Positions 24,055 to 44,938 of a stretch of 64,000 nt of DNA are shown piece by piece (the stretch's first letter is position 1; every line of letters begins with the position of its first letter). The notes under the pieces are model-generated. The model did not search any database, was not told where the DNA came from, and saw only the letters and a program-made list of their open reading frames with translations. The DNA comes from Marsupella aquatica (taxonomy: Eukaryota > Plantae > Marchantiophyta): contig OZ316894.1 in the NCBI GenBank assembly GCA_973895155.1, forward strand, positions 21,024,451 through 21,088,450. The letters run 5' to 3'. A program made the translations under genes and the position numbers.

Positions 24055-27000
24055 CATTTCTGACGGAAAGAGTGCGCGGGTGAATGCATTCCCCAAAAAT
24101 ATTTTTTGGAGCTTAACATGAAGGGCAGGGTATTACAGTGTTTGACTTATTTTGAATTCAAACTATTATGTGACTATTTCTTACGTCAGTCATATTGGCC
24201 AAATGCGTTAGGTGATAATCTTTACTTCATGCAAATAATGTAACCAAGCCCTCTCTATTCACCTGCTGGAGATAGCAACTTTAAATGATTGTGATAGGCT
24301 GTTCACCCATTCCTTATTGACCCAAGTCACGAAGCATCTTAGGAGTTCTGTTGTGAATACAATTTGTTCCTGAAATTAGCTGTGAACAATTCATGTGGAA
24401 ATGAATGTAAATTTACAAAGTGAACTGTTCCATAGATTTCCTACGTCTAGTTTCCAAGATATGAAAATCCCATGTCAGTTGTCAAAAAAACTGATACTGC
24501 CCAAAATAAAATAGGCTGGTGACAGTCTCTCCTATCGATCTCATGGTAGGTGAATAAAGCGCAAGGACGTAAAGATCTTCTCTATAAACACTAAGATACA
24601 AATGACCCTCTCAATCGTCCTTTTTTGAAAATCCGGCAGACGATGGAGAATGGGAAACGGATTCCAATCCTGAAACGTAAAAGCCTCCTCCGTGTGAACT
24701 ATGGCAGGGGACCAAAGATAATAATGTAAAATCTACGAGTTCTTGGACAGTAGGCTATTCACAAGAGAAAGGCCTTCTTTCCTGGCACAGAAACTCTTCA
24801 CCTACTCCAGAGGTATTCCTACTTTTGGTGACTATTAATGCTCCGATCTGAACTCGTAAGACCATATGCAACGACAATACGAACTACTGCTGCGTTCCCG
24901 AATCGCTCGTCCAGTCAAAGACCAATATAACTTGTTCCGGAGCCATTGCATACTAAAGTCACGCAAGAACACCCCTAGTTAACTTTCATACGTAACAGCA
25001 AATAGGGTGAAACTTGTCGCCACAATTCACAGCCTCTCCACATTCGTGACATCACTGGTCGAGTGAAATAAATTGCTCTTCTAAAAGATAGACCGTATCC
25101 TTCCCTCCAGCAAATAATCTCATACATAGAAACTGTGCCTGAACAAAGACCATTTTAAGGCAAGTCCTGAGACTGAAAGTAAAAGTTGGAAAGGAGGTCA
25201 ACATAGTTGCATGTACACAGCGAATGCTACAAATATTTACAGCAACCCTCGAGAGTGGAGCAAATCAGATGCCAAAAGAGTTCACTAGGTAATATAGAAC
25301 CCTTCAAACAGGAAAGGACAATTTCTGGATAGTCTAGGCATTCAAATTCAAAACCATAAACGCTACAATATTAAATGGGCTGAAACAAGGACAGAAAACG
25401 CTCACCTGCTGGAAAAGGATGTATCATCGCCTGAACGATGGAAGGGAGAATAAGAGATAAAAGAAATTACGATTTGACATTTTCTTGCTTGTAATAGCAA
25501 CTAGGCATAGTCTTGGCTAAAACTCTACAAGAGTTTGAATTGAAGTGAAAAATAGTGCCTTAAAATTAAGAAAATTCGAACCAACATCTTAACCGAATGC
25601 TCGGGTGCCACAGTTGACTCTCTGTAAGAGTCCGAATTACAAGCCAAAACTTTCGGTAGCAAACCTTTCATTTATCCACTAGTACAGAGAATCACAGTTA
25701 CTTTGAACCGTTCACAAGAACATACTAGAAGAAAAAGTCCCTCTTACATGAGCGCCATATTGGCACTACTCTATGCCACTAAGGAACATCTCTAAGAACT
25801 TGCAACGTGATGCAGATCTGTTGTGATACTAGTCCAAGTTTGCACAAGCCAAGACAGCTAGCATTCACCAGATGGCCAAAGGTCAACTTAACTTGACTGA
25901 GTCTCACAAACAAGACTAGAGAACTGACATCACACAATTCACATTCTGAAGAACCACGATTAAAATTTAACCAAGACTGTAGCTAATGTGCACCAAAAAC
26001 TTTGTAATGACTAACAACAAAAGCTCAACATTGCCAACCTCCAGATACCCGGAAACTCGAAGTAAAAAGAGATGATCTTACACAATTGCCATAAACAACG
26101 CATTAGTTGTCTCAGTCTATTCAGGTGAGCATTCACATACTACAGCACCAACATGATTGAAAAACTCCTTTCTAGGTAAAGGGTCGACATACCTTGTTCG
26201 AAGATAACAAAGCTGACAAGGACAGACAAATGCATGTTACCTCCGAAATTCAGTTCGGTTGCTTGACATCCAACGGCAACTTTTTCATTCTTTGTAACTC
26301 TGGCACCATCTTGCAGAATTATCCACTGCCAGCCGTAAGAGCGAAGCTTTTCATCAAGATTTAGGTATGAACAGATATAAAACAGTAATCCTCCGAAGAG
26401 ACAAAGTACATGACATCAACTCAACATACAATTCTAGCACGACTCCAAATGTTGCGTCTCATGTGAAGATATGCAATAATTTACTAGTGAATCCTGCCAG
26501 GAATCAACCTCCACGCCCATTACATTGTGTATCAAACCCGCAGCAAAACATGCCAGATGAGCAGGCATGGTAGGATTGAATTATATTATTAAGTCAGCTA
26601 GGGGAGCATTTCCCTTAGTCTTAAGGATAGGTCTTAACGAGACCCCTCAATCAACATATTCAGTGTTTCCAACAAAAGTTACGATTAGTTGTGTACTCTC
26701 CTTGCCTTCACCACGAGTGACCAGAAAATTCACGGACACTTCATTTCTGAATGGGTGAATGGACATCCATTTAGATTACCATTACATGCTGTTACTGTAA
26801 TCAACCTCATCCTCCTCTCCAAATGCCTTCACTTTCTGGCTTCTGCGTGTAAAGTGGACAGTAAACGCTCAAAGCTGTCATTTTTCCCTTTCTATTTCTT
26901 CCGACAGGGACCACAGCCTTGTTGAATCCAGAGCAATATCCGCATACCCAATCACGACTGAATTTAGTAATAAAATGAACAAACTTTCTATGGTTGAGAC

Positions 27001-28814
27001 TTACCTCTACCAGTTCAGGTGACCAGGGTGTAAAGAATACTATAAGTGTACTACAAACGGATAGTCCAGTGACAAGACCGACAAGGAGTAATTGGAATGT
27101 ACAAATCTATCGCAAACTGTAAACGAATCCGAATTCAATGTCACCGTATCCAATTTTGCAGACAGAGTCGTTTGACCTTAAACCATGGAACGAGGGAACG
27201 AGAGCTTGATAATAGATATCTGACGGGTGACTTTACGCGTACAAAAGGTAAGGCAAAATGGACAGTAGAAGATCCCCAACAAACCACAAGACGGTCCCAG
27301 CCATCAGACAAACAAAGTGGGATATTGCGATACACAATTAGAGACGACAACATTCCAACCTGTTAAGAATTGCATAGAGGCAAGGGGCTCCAAGCGCATT
27401 GCTGGTTTAGGGTGCTGAAAACACAGCGGGCTGCCACCACCTAAAGTTCATAAGCTGTCAGATTCAACACAATTGTTTTTTACAAAAAAACCTAATGATC
27501 TCCTCAAATGCATATATGCCACTATCCCAAAAGAGTGGAGACTTACTAACTAACCGACTTACTGACTAACCGACCAGCTAGACCGATAAAAATAACACGA
27601 TCGAAAGAAATTCGGAGATTATGAGAAGTGCTACAGTTAGGGAGAGCTGATAAAAATGTGTTGTCAGTAATCCCTTAGTCTCTACACTGGACACTCTGCC
27701 TCATCTTGAGATGCAACTGTAAGAGGCTCTCAGGAACTTAAGGAGCGCACCAGGTACATGTACTGCTGTACCCCGATAACAGGGAGACTAATGTACCTTT
27801 CTGAAAGCTGTTACCTGGCGCTTTAGCACCAATAATATCGCTGATAGAACCTGAAAGCATCCCTGAAGGAAAGAAAGTAAATCAGACTCCAACCTCTTTC
27901 AATAGTCAAGATGAGATACTCCATAAATTATTTTAATCCTGACACGCATAGGACTTGGTGATAACAGTGGCACGTTTAGGCCCAACCATCGCCATTTTGT
28001 AAAGAACCGATACATAACAGCTACATTGTCTTATCACAATGGTTTCTGTTAGGCAAAATCAATTCCTCTCTCTTCCCATTATCACATATTCAGAGAGCCA
28101 TTTCTTATTCTGAACCCCTACCCTACAAGCAGGCATCGGATAACCCAAGCACATGTCCAGATGATCAACACTTAGTTAATGTCTACAATGTAAACTTCGT
28201 CTTCAAAGTAGCAAGCTGCACAGGGAATGCTACCGCTCATAATAATCCTCTAAAAGCAAACGCTAAATACAGTACTATAGTCGCAAACGTTTTCTGCAAG
28301 CCACTGGCTACTCTGTCAGTAGGTGGCCCGCAATCTTCGTGATGTCCTCACTAATGTAGAAATTTAGCCAAAGCAAAGACAATTCGAAGAATACTTGGAT
28401 GAGAACAAAATACTAGCATGTCAATCTCTTCACAGACAGGAATGGACAGGAAAAACGCCTTCGGCGTGTTGTCTTACAATAGAACAGTGTTTATCCTTCT
28501 GGCAGTATCGCCCAGTAACAAATGGTCGCCAGACCAACAGCAGCTGTTTCCCAGAGCCCACCCTCGCCACCTACTGTGCTCGCGCCTCTGTGCTTCGCAC
28601 AGAGTGGCAAAGATGGTGACAGAGCAGATCAATGAACAGGATGAGTGTCCCAATGTCAAGTAGATACCTTGATCAGAGCACCACGTCTTTTGAAATGACC
28701 TTTTAAAACCTATGCCTACATACGTACCCACAACAGTGCCTGATTACAACAGGAAGTACACCGCAAACCTAAACGAAAGGAATATGTAAGTGCCAGTAGA
28801 CTGGCATAACCACA

Positions 28815-35333
<6,519 letters not shown>

Positions 35334-35898
35334 TCCTCCTCCGCCGATCAACTCCGCAACACCAAATTCACCACCCGGCACGGGACCCTTTGCAAATGAT
35401 CAATCGACCTACAACCAAAAACCTCTTCCGTTCTCCTACTCCTCCTCGCTACCTCTTCTTACATCGCCTTCTCCTACACATACCTCGTTCAAACACCCAG
35501 AGGAACACCGCAAGCACCAATCCCTCAATTCCTCAATCCCTAGCCACGTTCATGGCCACAAAAACAATCGGCAGCAAATTCCTCCTCCTCCTACCTACCC
35601 TCGTTCTCCCATTTGTCACGCATTGAACTCGTTGCGGTTTGTTCTGCTCCTTTCTCGGTGCTTCTCCGCTTTATCTGAACAAAAATGTAGGGCCTCGAGG
35701 TCCGACAACAACAGCGGATCGATCGAATCATCAAACTCCTTCACTCTCCGAATCGATTTTGCCTCCTCCCACCGCAATCATCAAAGAGCATTTGACACTG
35801 TGGTGGAGTTTGCTCCGCTGCTGCTGCCTCGATGAACTTCCCCGAACAGGAATGAGACGCGAGGGACGAATATATGGACCTGAGGGGTGAGAGTGGGC

Positions 35899-36030
35899 GG
35901 GCCCAGGAATAGAGGCCGTCTTGCATGTCCAGTAGAAGGCCCTAAAAACCAGGCCCATAAGTTAAGGTCCTCAAAAAATAGGCCCATGAGTTAAGGTCCT
36001 CGAAAGATAGGCCTCGAAAAATAGGCCCTT
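35899..36030. promoter_or_regulatory. Cluster of site II-like GGCCCA motifs upstream of PRP4K
   Basis: ggccca at ~35900, 35952 and 35981 plus related aggccc/aggcct copies, partly within a short tandem (aggcccat.agttaaggtcctc). TCP-type function is inferred. Confidence 0.45.
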
Positions 36031-38349
36031 AAACTACCACTCTCCACCACGTTTGGGGAGGACCAAAAAAATAGGCCTTATTACTTTTTTAAAACATTCT
36101 TCATTCATTCTAGTAACCTGAATACACCAGGTTTTGCTATGGGACCTAAACACTCCCTCAATCTAATTTTTCTAAGCATATCTCTTTTCCAAGAGCATCT
36201 TCTCCCTGAAACTTATTTTGGCGACATGTGTCCGGTAGCTTTTACTTTATTCTAGCCCTTGAGGTTGGAGTGCCATAGCCTTTGGTTTTGCAGAATTTTT
36301 GCTGTGATTGCACATGAGGGGGCTATAGCAACTTTATCTCTCATTCTCTGATTTGGTGGCAGGCATCAGGTTGAGGGCTTGATTGTGCAGGGTCACTCAC
36401 ATGCGAGTCGGGCCTAATTTAATGTCCTCAAAAACAGGCCCTTCAGCAAGGCACTCTATGAGTGAATGTGACATTCATGCCTCAACTTCTTCCTGAGGTA
36501 GGCAGACAGCTACATTTTAGCATATTTGAGGGCAAGGGCCAAAAACCTTCCGGTCTTTCATTTCCCAACCTTTAAATTTCTAATAAAATTTCTTTCCTTA
36601 GCTGGTTATTTAGATATGTGGGTTGCACTTTCTACCAACAATGTAGGAGTGGTAGGGGCCAATGTTTTCAGGACCTTCTACATGCAAGCTCGCATGCAAG
36701 ACGGCCCTAACAATTTCATAATTGATGACTGGAGCGGGAGGGACCTGGCGGAGGGTGTCCTTGACCTAAAAAACAGCCAGAGACATAAGCATCAAAGTGG
36801 CTAACCCCCATCAAAGCAGCTAACCCTTATTATTAAACAATGGGTTGTTACATGAGAGAAGTCTTCTACAAAGCTACAAGGGGGCTTGCAAGGGGGTCTC
36901 AAAACCTCAAGGGGATCCCCATTATTAAAGTAGGTATATTGTATGATGTGAGCAGACAGGAATTTTGGCTAGCAAGAAGAGTATTGTTAGCGTCATGAGT
37001 GTTTCTCAGTATTTGTGATTTCTGCTGACTTTTGTATTTCTAGTGCATTTCAAGAATTCCATATGGCTAGCAAGTTCTCTAGCCCTAGGAGGAGTCCCAA
37101 ATTGGGTTGTACTGACCAAGTTTTGGATAGCTAGGGACTAAGTTTGCTATGGAAGTGGGGATTTTTCATCATAACCAGGAAACGGCATTGTGTTTGAAAA
37201 TCATTTTTTGGGGTCCCCTGAGTAAAAAGTAGTTTGAACTTAAACACGTCGCCATTTTAACACAACGCCCTGGTGCTGTGTTCGAACATGACGTTGTGTT
37301 CAAATATGACCCAAACATGATGTTGGGTTTGAATGTGATTTTGTGATCAAATAAAACTGCCAAATATGACACTGAGTTCACATACATTTGCACAAGAAGG
37401 TAACAGCAAACAAAATACAATTGGTTTGATTCAAAACTGAGGGATTACAATTGGAATTCTTGTTCAGTTGACTCGGGATGGCTACTTCATTGCCTTCAAC
37501 AAGCATGGTCCAAAAGTTTTGCTACTATCTAAGAGTCTTTTGTAGAGAGGTGGACCAAGTTTGTCACAATTTTCCATTCCAGGAGCAGGACGTCTACATT
37601 CCTTGCTTGCCTTTGGTGGCGGAGAGAAATCCATCAGGTGATCCAAAAGCCACAAATCAAAATTGTCTATTAATACTGATTTCCCAACATAGACACAAGC
37701 AGTGATTTAATCAAAGTTCACAAACTTCACTTTCCCACTGGAGATATACACTTCCCCATTCATATTTTGCCAAAACAATTTGCCAATTATTGGCATGAGT
37801 TTCGGACAACAAATAGAACTTTCGCACTCTGTAAATCTTCTCTACAATAAATTAAACAGACCAGGGCTCGAGTGCTCTTGTCATGAACGTTTCCTTAACA
37901 CGCAACTGTCCCGGACGAGGAGCACGTATAAGGTAATCACGGTCTTGTTGACCGTTACTGGGGAGTAATAGGCTCGACGCGGTTCTGACACAGGCACGAC
38001 TGACTGGAGCCAAGAGTGCCTAGGGAGGAACTGGGGAGGGCCGGTTCTCCCAATAACAGACAAAAAAGATTGTGATTACATTATGTAATCAAGGGTAGGT
38101 CATGCAATTACCGGTTACTCCCGGTTGGACGAACAAGATTAGATCCATCAAAAATGGTCGCGGCAGGGGAAAAGCGAGACAAGAGGGGATGGGTGTTCAT
38201 ACTATCGTTTAGGGCAGGCTGCATTGTGAATGTTGATGCGTTGTGGCGTTGTGATGAGCAGGGATGGCGGTGAGTTGTTGGTGCAAATGGAGGCCAGTTG
38301 CTGTTGCAGGGATGGAGGCCAGTTGTTGTGTGACGGGAGTGGCCAATGC

Positions 38350-38545
38350 TTTGGAGCGGGGAATGGAGATTGCGGCATTGTTTTTGAAGTTTTTGTTGCT
38401 GTTATTGTGGCGTTGTGCAATGTCGATGGCTTGCAATGTCATTGCGGGGAATGGCCGATGTTCTTTGGAGCGGGGAATGGAGATCGCGACATTCATTTGA
38501 AATTTCTATTGTTATTATTGTGGTGCTGTGCAATGTCGCTATGTT
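38350..38545. repeat. Two-copy ~114-bp imperfect tandem repeat upstream of the recombinase remnant
   Basis: tttggagcggggaatggagat.gcg.catt...ttgaa.ttt.t.ttg.t.ttattgtgg.g.tgtgcaatgtcg occurs twice. Confidence 0.7.
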
Positions 38546-38594
38546 TGATGTGAATAACTGTTGGTGCTCAACTCCTACTGCAATATTGGTTAAA

Positions 38595-41198
38595 ATGACG
38601 ATGTGTGTGGACAATTTAGTTTCATTCTCGTCAATAACTGAATTTGTGGAGTCGGTGGTGTAGGGATACAGGAAGAGGAGGAGTTGATTCACGATGAAGC
38701 TGCAACCGAGTGGACTGTTGGCGAAGTTGATTACTGTCACTTGGACGAGCTTCATGGCAAGCAGTCAACTGAAGTTGATGAGATTTACTTACGCATTGTG
38801 TTTGATGAAATTTCTTGAGACTCTGTGGCTGTCAATGTCATTTCTACTCTGTCCGAGAGTGAACATGTCCAGCAGGTGGAGGTAAGTGTGCCAAGGTTAC
38901 GGGCACTTCCCGACCCTATGCTAGTTGAGGCAGGTAGAGGGGAAGAGAAATCAGCTTCACACAACAACGATTGATGGGTAGCAAAATGAGCTGACAGTCT
39001 TCAAATGGGTCTTGGCTGGGACATGACGGTTCCTCTTGGGAGTCCGCCTTTGCAACAGCTTGATGAGTTGTCATTACATATAGTGTCGTAGTCATAGTGT
39101 ATCCAAAACATACAAGTCATTGACAATGTATATGTGCAAATTGCTAGCAACCAACATGTATAGAAAAAGTCCCATCACATTTACAAGTGCCAAGAAAAAG
39201 CAAATGAGGTTATATGTACATAGTGGAGGTGTAAACCTTTGTATTATAATAGGTGTAAGAGAAACAAGCATACTGAAATCAAACTGAAAAATTGGCGGGA
39301 TGCCAAGATTGGTCGGGAACATCTAATGAATCACTATCTAGATCCCGTGTACAGAAGCGACGAGCACCTGAAAAACTCTGTCTCAATAGTGATTCAAGAA
39401 GAACTAAAATCCGACAAAGAGAAACATGTTCTTAGTAAGTCAAGTCTCGGCGTCACACTAACAAGCGCATTTGCTTCAAGAACAACCTAGACTTGCTACA
39501 AGGACATGTCACTAACTCAAGTAGTGGCCCTAACTACATACCTAATGGACATGCGAGGGACATGCAGATGTGCATAACAGGCACTGTCCCTCGGCATGAC
39601 AAAGCTATTTAGTAATCTTTTTACAAGAGCTATAAAAGTGGACGGTACTCCATATCCTCCAGCCACTCTCATGAACATGATGAATGACTTTAATCGAATC
39701 TTGAGGCGTGCAGGCGACATTAGATCATTGAGAGGTGAGGGAAATCTGCTAGAGAAAGATTTTAATATTAATGCGCATCCAGCTTTTGCTAGAACTTGCA
39801 TGGTCCTGAACACTGCCATCAAGAAGAGTGCAAAGAATGGAGTAAACAAAAAAAAAAAAAAGGTAAGCAGTTTTCTTTCAAAATTGTTTATGTTAAGTTG
39901 TTGTCTGTGCATCTTTAACAGCTTTTCGAATGGTGCAGGTTGAAGTCTTAAGAAAGTAGATGGAGATGGCAATCTCATCAGACATTGACCATCAATTGAC
40001 CTGTAGCCACTGATGTCAAAAGCATTTGGCGTTCTTTTGTCTTCTCAGGTTGGGTCTGAGAGAAGGAGGGGAAATATGGAACTTGCATTGCAATGATCTG
40101 AAAACCTGTCTAGACAAAGCAGGCAGGGAATATGTCATGTAAGTTTGTATCCTTTTGAATCACTATTGAACAAGTTTTTTTCTTTATGTGATCCCTAACT
40201 TCTCATATTATGTGGTTTTTGTGTTCAAGTTTGAAGAGAGGGAGAGCAAAAGCAACCCGTACACACTTCAGAAGAACCAAGAGGAGCAGTTTTGGAATGT
40301 TTTCCATAGTTACGATGAAAACTTCTTGATGACAGTGAAGCAATACAAGCAGCATTTGCCACCTAAAGCAAAAACCGAGAAGCCAGACTTGTTTATGTAG
40401 GGTGTCACGGATCCAGCAGGGATTGTTTGGTACAACAAATGTCACAAGGTCGGGAGAGATACTACTGGTAAGTGGCTGAAAAATATGGCTCTACTAGTCG
40501 GATTGATACCTAAAGTATTCACCAATTGCAGTGGGAGAGTTACTCTCATCATGGCTACTTGTGAGTTCCTGATGAAGTTGGAATGCTAATAAGTGGACAC
40601 CATTCCATTGGGGGCTACCTGAGATATGATCAAACACAAAGACTGAAGATGGAAGCAACTACATTAGTGTCTAGCAATCCTGCATTGGATTACGAGAAAG
40701 CCTTGTCACATGGTTCAAAGAAATTTGTTGAAGAGGAGTTGTGCGGATCTTGCTCTGGTTTGAAGCGCTTGTAAGCAAGGTGAGCGAGAACTCTAATCTA
40801 CTGATGGCCATTACACATCCCTTGCAGGTAAGTCCATGTAGTACTTTTTGGTTTCTAGTGACTTGTTTTCTTTAATCCCATTTTAGTTATTCCTGTTGTG
40901 AATTGTCAGGATCAAGAGGAACAACATATGGAGGAGAAAGGTCCAGCCTACAAATTGTTCAGAAGGTTCAAACAGCAAGAGGTCAAGATGGGAGAGAAAT
41001 TATGATGACTTTGACTGGGAGAATGCAATTCTGACCAAGGATCCAAAGTTGTGTAAGAGAATGTGATCGCTGCCAAAGTCACCACATTCAGTAGGAAGTA
41101 ATATGTCAGGGAATGCCTTCCATAACTGTAGTGTGACCATCAAGTTTGTTCATCCGAACAATGAGGAAGACAAGGAGAATAGTGTAGGTCCAGGCTAA
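38595..41198 (+). pseudogene. Crypton/DUF3504 (ZMYM/KCTD1-like) tyrosine recombinase, decayed
   Basis: RAIKVDGTPYPPATL (39626ff), LLRLGLREGGE (catalytic R, ~40040-40075), FEERESKSNP, WYNKCHKVG, FTNCSGRVT (HxxR-like, ~40520), SGHHSIGGYLRY (H and Y, ~40592-40627) and C-terminal FHNCSVTIKF. Many stops and frameshifts; boundaries approximate. Confidence 0.75.
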
Positions 41199-43967
41199 TG
41201 TTGTAGATAGTGATACTCAATTGTTGAGACAGAGTCCTCATGTAGTCAGACTAGTTATGCAACTGCTTATACAAAATTATCCAGTAACAATGTACTGTTC
41301 TATTGCTTATACATTTATCATGAACGTCAAGTATTCTTGTCAAAACATTGGGATTGATTAGTATTCTGGTCACCTTTCAATAAAACAGAATGATTTTTGT
41401 ACATGAGACTGTTTAAGTATTTTGTGACTAAAATTGTATATACACTTTCCCTCTAGATTGCCACAAGAACTGTCGACCATGACACAAAAATAAAACCTGC
41501 TGGCAAGAAACACAAGCAAAGTGTTGCCCCCCACTGAGAAAATAGATAAGAAGATGCTCCTACTAAGAAAACATAATAGAAGAAAAAGGAATAGAATAGC
41601 CATGATCAAGAGTATGTTGGCGACTGAGAAATGTTCTCCGTTGAAAAATATGCCTTTTCCATCCACTCCTTACGGGACTCTGTAAGTGCATTATGAATTT
41701 CCGTCAAGGCATTATAGGGTTCCATAAGGGAATTATGGATTTTGGTTGTGTTTGGAGGGAATATTATGGTAATGCGCACAATGGACGGAAACTTTCACCC
41801 AACGGTAACCGCACCACCAACCCATGATTACAAAATTAAGATGGCCAATAGGGAGGCAGTAGGGCATCTCAAAATTAAAAAGTTGCGGCCATTTTTGGGT
41901 CTCGGGGGGGTCACTATATGGAGGGCCATACATCACGTGCGATGTTTTAGGGTTTGACCACCCTAACTTATAAGTGAATTTTTTTCAAAGCCCTTTCTTT
42001 CTTTAAATTTTGTCATTTTTTATTAAAAACCCCTAAAAACTTTAAAGAAAGTATTTTTTGCAATTAAATAGGCCTATGTGTTGTTTAAAGTCGACCAGTC
42101 AATAAAACATGCCCTATGTGTTCTTCCACCAAACTTTGGAAGTCTTTTGCCACACCCATTTAAATGGGCCTATACTTCGTCGCACGTGATATGCCAGTTC
42201 CGTGGAAGTGACCCCCCCAAGTTTAGGGTGACCGGTTTCTCGTCCAAGCGACCCGCCGCCCATTCTGATCGGTCAACCATTTTGCTAGCTGCACTATTTT
42301 GTCTGGGACTTTTTATGCGGACCGCGACCTAACCCAACTTAACCAGGCTGAAGTTACCGGTGTAAGTGGGACTCCTGCACTGAAGCCACACTACGTGTTT
42401 TGAACTCAAGAGGGAGTCTACAACTGGTGTGAGGGAGAACGAGCTGCTGTGCAGTTGATGCGGTGAAGATTGAGCCTGGTTGAAGGAGTCAATGCGGCAT
42501 CCTTAGTGGGGATGAAGCTCAAGCCTAGTGCCCCAAGTCAATGTTGCGTCTTCAAGCTAGAGCCCGTGGAAGGAGTTGATGCTGAGTTTTTGGTGGTGAA
42601 GGTTGAGCCTGATTGAATGAGGTTTTTTACCCATGGCAGGAAACAAGAATTATCATAACAACAAAAATGGTCAAAGATAACAGGAGTTTTTGTGCGCAAT
42701 GCTGAAAGAAAATCCCAACTTTAGTGACCAAAATTACACTACAATTTCAACTGAGCAAGTATAATATATGTAACATATTATAGACAGACATCCTTACTAG
42801 CACCAAAGATTTTTACACATGAAGGCATCATTTGATAATAGCCTCAAGAATGCTTGTAACAAAAATCCTCACAAGAGCAACAAAAAAAATATAAATCCTA
42901 ACCAAATTTGTATTGCAATTCTCAAGTGTTTGGATCTGGAAGGTTATACTCTTTTAAGGTGATCCCTCATCTAGCGCAAGCCATCTCTAGTGCATCTGCA
43001 TTGACAGCTAAGGATAATCAATGAACTTGCTCTTCCCCTATAGATGAGATTATCTTGCTGATTGAGTCTTCATCTCTTTGCTAAGCGCAGACACTCCATA
43101 TATGGTGGTCCGCCAAGAGGCAATGGATTGTTGCACCAAACGTTATGACCAAGGAAACCGTTGGTTCCTCTATGTATATACCAATGCTCGCATTCAAAAA
43201 ACTACCATTCACGACGTCAAAACTATATAAAGATTATGACATAAAAATTTATTTCCCGTTTAAACACCCCAATTGTCATGCTCAAACTAACTTCAATGGT
43301 GTTGAATAGTATTTTGATTTGGACGTTTAGTATTGACAAACTACTAATAAAGGAGCACCTCTTAGCAAGGGTTTGATGCATCTTCCAAAGTACTCCCTAG
43401 AAGATTGTGAATGTATGGATTGACGAAAGGTTAACATCCTCACATAGAGTGATGTGAGAGGAAAAGTATACTCTTGCTATCAAATACAACATACGCTGGT
43501 CATTTGCATGCTCTAAACAATGATGAAAAGTTTGACATATTGTAAATTTTGATTGAACCACCTTAGACCATTAGAGGATGCTATGTTCTTTTTTGGTAGT
43601 AATAATGTTAGCAACCATGATATTGGATTTTATTAGTGATAAATATAACCATTAAAACATAACAAATGATGATATAATATAGTAGCACCACAAACTAATA
43701 TAATAAAATTAATAATTAGAGCCATTGCTTTTTTGTTCATATTCTCATAATAGCACCTAACGCCAACAAAGAGTGTTCTTTGGTGAGGTCTCATTCACAT
43801 AAATATTTCTTTACTACTTGCAAAATTGCATGACCTTCTAAAATATCCTTTGGTGGCAAACACAAGAGATAAAATGGTAGTACTACTAGTAAAATAGGTC
43901 ATATAGCAGTAAAAAACTAAAGCTGATAGACTAAAAAAATGTTTCTCTAGAGGGTTTGGGCCAAAGT

Positions 43968-44658
43968 CACATTACTAGCTCCTATCGCGAGTAAATGTTT
44001 TTTTGCTTTTCTACATTTTTTGCGTAAAATTTCTCTTGTAAATTTCTCAAAATGGTGCTATGATTGAAGGTCCAAGCAAGTGTGATATTACTAGCTCTCG
44101 ACACTAGTAATGTTAATCTATTTTATAGCCTAATTTGGCTAAATTTTATCTCATAAATACACTCAACATGATGTTATTGCAAAATGTTCAAGCAAGTGTG
44201 ATATTACTAGCTCTCAGAGCTACTAATGTTCATTCATTTTTATAGCCTTTCTTACTTAATTTTTTCTCATAAAGACACTCAATCTAATAGTGTCATTTTG
44301 GAGGATCCAAACTGGTGTGATATTACTAGCTCCTGGCGCTAGTAATGTTCATTCATTTTTATAACCTTTTCTGCTCAATGATTTTTCATAAACACACTCA
44401 AAACAATGCCATTTTGGAGGATGCAAACTGGTGTGATATTACTAGTTCATTTTTATAGCCTTTTTTGCTTAACTTTTTCTCATACACACTCAAAATAGTG
44501 TCATTTTTGGAGCATCCAAACTGATGTCAGTGATATTACTAGCTCCCAATGGTAGTAATGTTCATTCATTTTATAGTTTTTTTTGCTTAATTTTTTCTCA
44601 ACACTCAAAATAGTGTCATTTTATAGGATCCAAACTGATGTGATATTACTACCCCCCA
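43968..44658. repeat. Tandem array (~100-120-bp unit), left part; palindromic core ATATTACTAG-N9-CTAGTAAT
   Basis: Units at ~43968, 44080, 44197, 44315, 44431, 44531 and 44640; the last is cut at 44658. Confidence 0.85.
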
Positions 44659-44857
44659 GGGGGGTATTTACATAAGACAGAAAACAGGAAACCAGGAAAC
44701 CAAAAACAACAACTGATGACAGGAAACAAAAAACAGGAAACACAAAACATTAACAAAAAATGCTCGAAATGTTTCCAGCGTGAACCAAGATCTTGACTTC
44801 GAAACAGGTTTTTTAGAAGATTTGTGTCAAATCCAAGCAAAATGGTAGAGACCAAGA

Positions 44858-44938
44858 GCACCTACTAGTGTGAAAGAAGTAAGGGGATTCCTTGGCATGG
44901 TGGGCTACTACCAAAGATTCGTAGAGGGCATTTCCATA
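44858..44938 (+). other. Captured Ty3/gypsy pol fragment (RT-RNaseH connection)
   Basis: Translates as APTSVKEVRGFLGMVGYYQRFVEGISI, the conserved gypsy EVRxFLGxxGYYRRF motif. Confidence 0.8.

Noticed and set aside
42600-43900. Decayed coding sequence in AT-rich DNA (also 56600-57050)
   Set aside because: Short stop-interrupted frames with no motif I can recognise; cannot be supported without a search.
43968-44658. Regularly spaced palindromic repeats as a CRISPR array
   Set aside because: The spacers are homologous to each other (a true tandem repeat), there are no cas genes, and the context is eukaryotic.
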